From NCBI GenBank assembly GCA_964252035.1, contig OZ176216.1: a DNA stretch of 64,000 nucleotides; one strand, given 5' to 3'. The first letter of the stretch is position 1. The number at the start of each line of letters is the position of its first letter. The notes below the pieces were generated by a model, which saw nothing but the letters and a program-made list of their open reading frames with translations, ran no database searches and was not told the origin of the DNA. Positions 62,171 through 64,000 of this stretch are shown piece by piece. Both the position numbers and the translations under genes were made by a program. This DNA comes from Podarcis erhardii (Eukaryota).

Positions 62171-62760
62171 TTTTATAGAAATTTTAATGATATTGCTGCT
62201 GGGCATTTTTTGTAAACTCTTCTAGGTTTTATAGCTGTTTTATTTTGTGGATATCACTGTATTATTAACAAAAAAATCTGCTGTGGGCGCTTTATTTAAA
62301 TGGAATCATATAAGGTAAATCTTTGAAATATGGAAATAAATAGGGGGTGTTGGGATGCATTTCTCTGCCTTCTGGGTCTCCCAATGCACCTTTTATTAAG
62401 TTTTTCAGCAATGCAGGCTTGTAAATAGTCTCACTTCTGCTCGCCTAGGGTGAATCAAATGTGCTTTTGGGCAACCAGGCAAGAAATAGCAGACAGATAG
62501 GAAAGAGCTGGTGCTTCTTTCAGGCTGTGTAGGTATGCCAAAAATTGGTTTGTAATGTTACATACTTTGGGGTGGGTCACCTGGACTTACTTGCAAGGCT
62601 GGAGTATGGTCACTTTGCTGGTCTGGGTTAACCCATTAACCTGTGACACCTGTCCATCCTTCCTTCCATGTCTGTTGTAAAATTTGGAAGTGCATCAAAA
62701 ATACTTCTGAGCCATTTAAAACAGGACAAGGAAAAAACCTCCCCATTTCCTAGTGTGCCT

Positions 62761-62878
62761 TATAGAGTTGGAGTGGACCACAGGGGTTATTTAGTCCACC
62801 CCCCCATGCAATGCAGGAATCTTTTGCCCAATGTGGGACTCGAACTCACAACCCTGTGATTAAGAGTCTCATGCTCTG
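62761..62878 (-). mobile_element. Second tRNA(Lys)-like/CR1-tail SINE, 5'-clipped
   Basis: The reverse strand reads AGAGCATGAGACTCTTAATCACAGGGTTGTGAGTTCGAGTCCCAC...TCCAACTCTATA. Confidence 0.75.
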
Positions 62879-63129
62879 AATGGTGTGCAAGTTCCATTGT
62901 GTGCAATGGAACCTCATGGAAAACGCAAATTAAGACAGCCCAGAAGAAGACACTGGAGCTCTCCAAATCGTTTGCCCACGGACATGCACAGAAAATGAAG
63001 CTCGGTGGCTGACGCTGCCTCTCAGCTTAACCTGTCTGCCTACTTCACAGGGTTGATGTGAGGATTAAGTGAGGAGGGGAAGAACCATGTCCACTACCTT
63101 GATCTCCTTGGGGGGGGGGAGTTGGGATA

Positions 63130-63480
63130 GGTAAAGGTAAAGGGACCCCTGACCATTAGGTCCAGTCATGACCGACTCTGGGGTTGCGGCGCTCATCTCA
63201 CTTTATTGGCTGAGGGAGCTGGCGTACAGCTTCCGGGTCATGTGGCCAGCATGACTAAGCCGCTTCTGGAGAACCAGAGCAGCGCACGGAAACACCCTTT
63301 ACCTTCCCGCCAGAGCACTACCTATTTATCTACTTGTACTGCATGCTTTTGAACTGCTAGGTTGGCAGGAGCAGGGACCGAGCAACGGGAGCTCACCCCG
63401 TCATGGGGATTCAAACCGCCGACCTTCTGATCGGCAAGTTCTAGGCTCTGTGGTTCAACCCACAGTGCCACCTGTGTCCC
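63130..63480 (-). mobile_element. Sauria SINE, full length, inserted at the 3' tail of a CORE-type SINE remnant (about 63010-63129)
   Basis: Collinear with the other copies. The flanks join as GGGATA|TAAATAAATA, a CORE-SINE-like tail. Confidence 0.9.
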
Positions 63481-63616
63481 TAAATAAATAGGTAGATCCA
63501 GCTGAAAAGCAACACATTGGTAGTTGCATTGATTGCTGCAATGCATCCCTAACTAGTAATATTGCATAGCTATAAACCTACTGTATAACCGTACACGGGG
63601 CATGGCTGTGAGGTGA

Positions 63617-64000
63617 TGTCAGGGACCGTGCTGAGGAGGGCTGCACTGAGGAGGAATGGTGGGAGCCTCCCCCTGCTCCTCATCAGGATCCTCAATCTTC
63701 CCAGGAGCAGGAAGACAGTATAGATTTGGAACAGTGGTTTGCAGAGGGACATAGTTCAGAAGGCAGAAGTTGGGAAGAACTGGGTGGTGAACAGTTTGGA
63801 GGAGGAGAACTGGGAGAGGGAGAGTTAACAGACTCACTGTCACTGGAAAGCGTTTATCTGCTCAGCCCGAGGTCAAGGAGAGCAGATAAGGTGGGTGCTA
63901 GATCAGGTTGCAAGAGGCAGAAGTGACATGGGTGGAAGTGGGGGGGGGGACCTTTAACTGGGAGCACCTCTTCCCTAGGAATGGAGGCTTTGTTCTCTTG
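63617..64000. mobile_element. Probable LTR (5' TG start), running off the window
   Basis: Abrupt switch at TGTCAGGGACC to purine-rich, GAG-rich sequence, with a TATA-like CCTTTAACT near 63951. This resembles lacertid Gypsy-type LTRs from memory; the CA end and TSD are not visible. Confidence 0.45.

Larger units (their letters stand above)
36441..64000 (+). other. ZBTB16: Following ZBTB16 intron, running off the window end
   Basis: Starts at a GT donor. The next PLZF exon (TDMAVFCLLCGKRF...) was not found in the window. Confidence 0.85.

Overview
This is a squamate genome window, most likely a lacertid lizard (Podarcis/Lacerta-like, judged from Sauria SINEs, BovB, lizard-type L2/CR1/L1 and MITEs). 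It lies inside the ZBTB16 (PLZF) gene on the + strand. Only two coding exons are present: a 98-bp exon at 326-423 (end of zinc finger 1 plus zinc finger 2) and an 87-bp exon at 36354-36440 (zinc finger 3). The rest is intron: a 35.9-kb intron (424-36353), then more than 27 kb of the next intron, with no further exon recognised. The introns mix many transposon remnants (several with target-site duplications, TSDs, readable by eye), microsatellites, two assembly gaps and repeat-free, CpG-retaining blocks that look like conserved enhancers. The most notable observations are: a perfect-consensus steroid-hormone response element in one such block (13547-13561); a TSD-flanked retro-insertion that forms an 88-bp hairpin (28551-28791); a CpG-rich promoter-like insert between 35-bp perfect direct repeats inside an L2 (17656-17906); and a triple-nested LINE/MITE/SINE structure (33562-34930). 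Repeat family names and conservation claims rest on pattern recall, not database searches. No prokaryote-type system (CRISPR, operon) is present.
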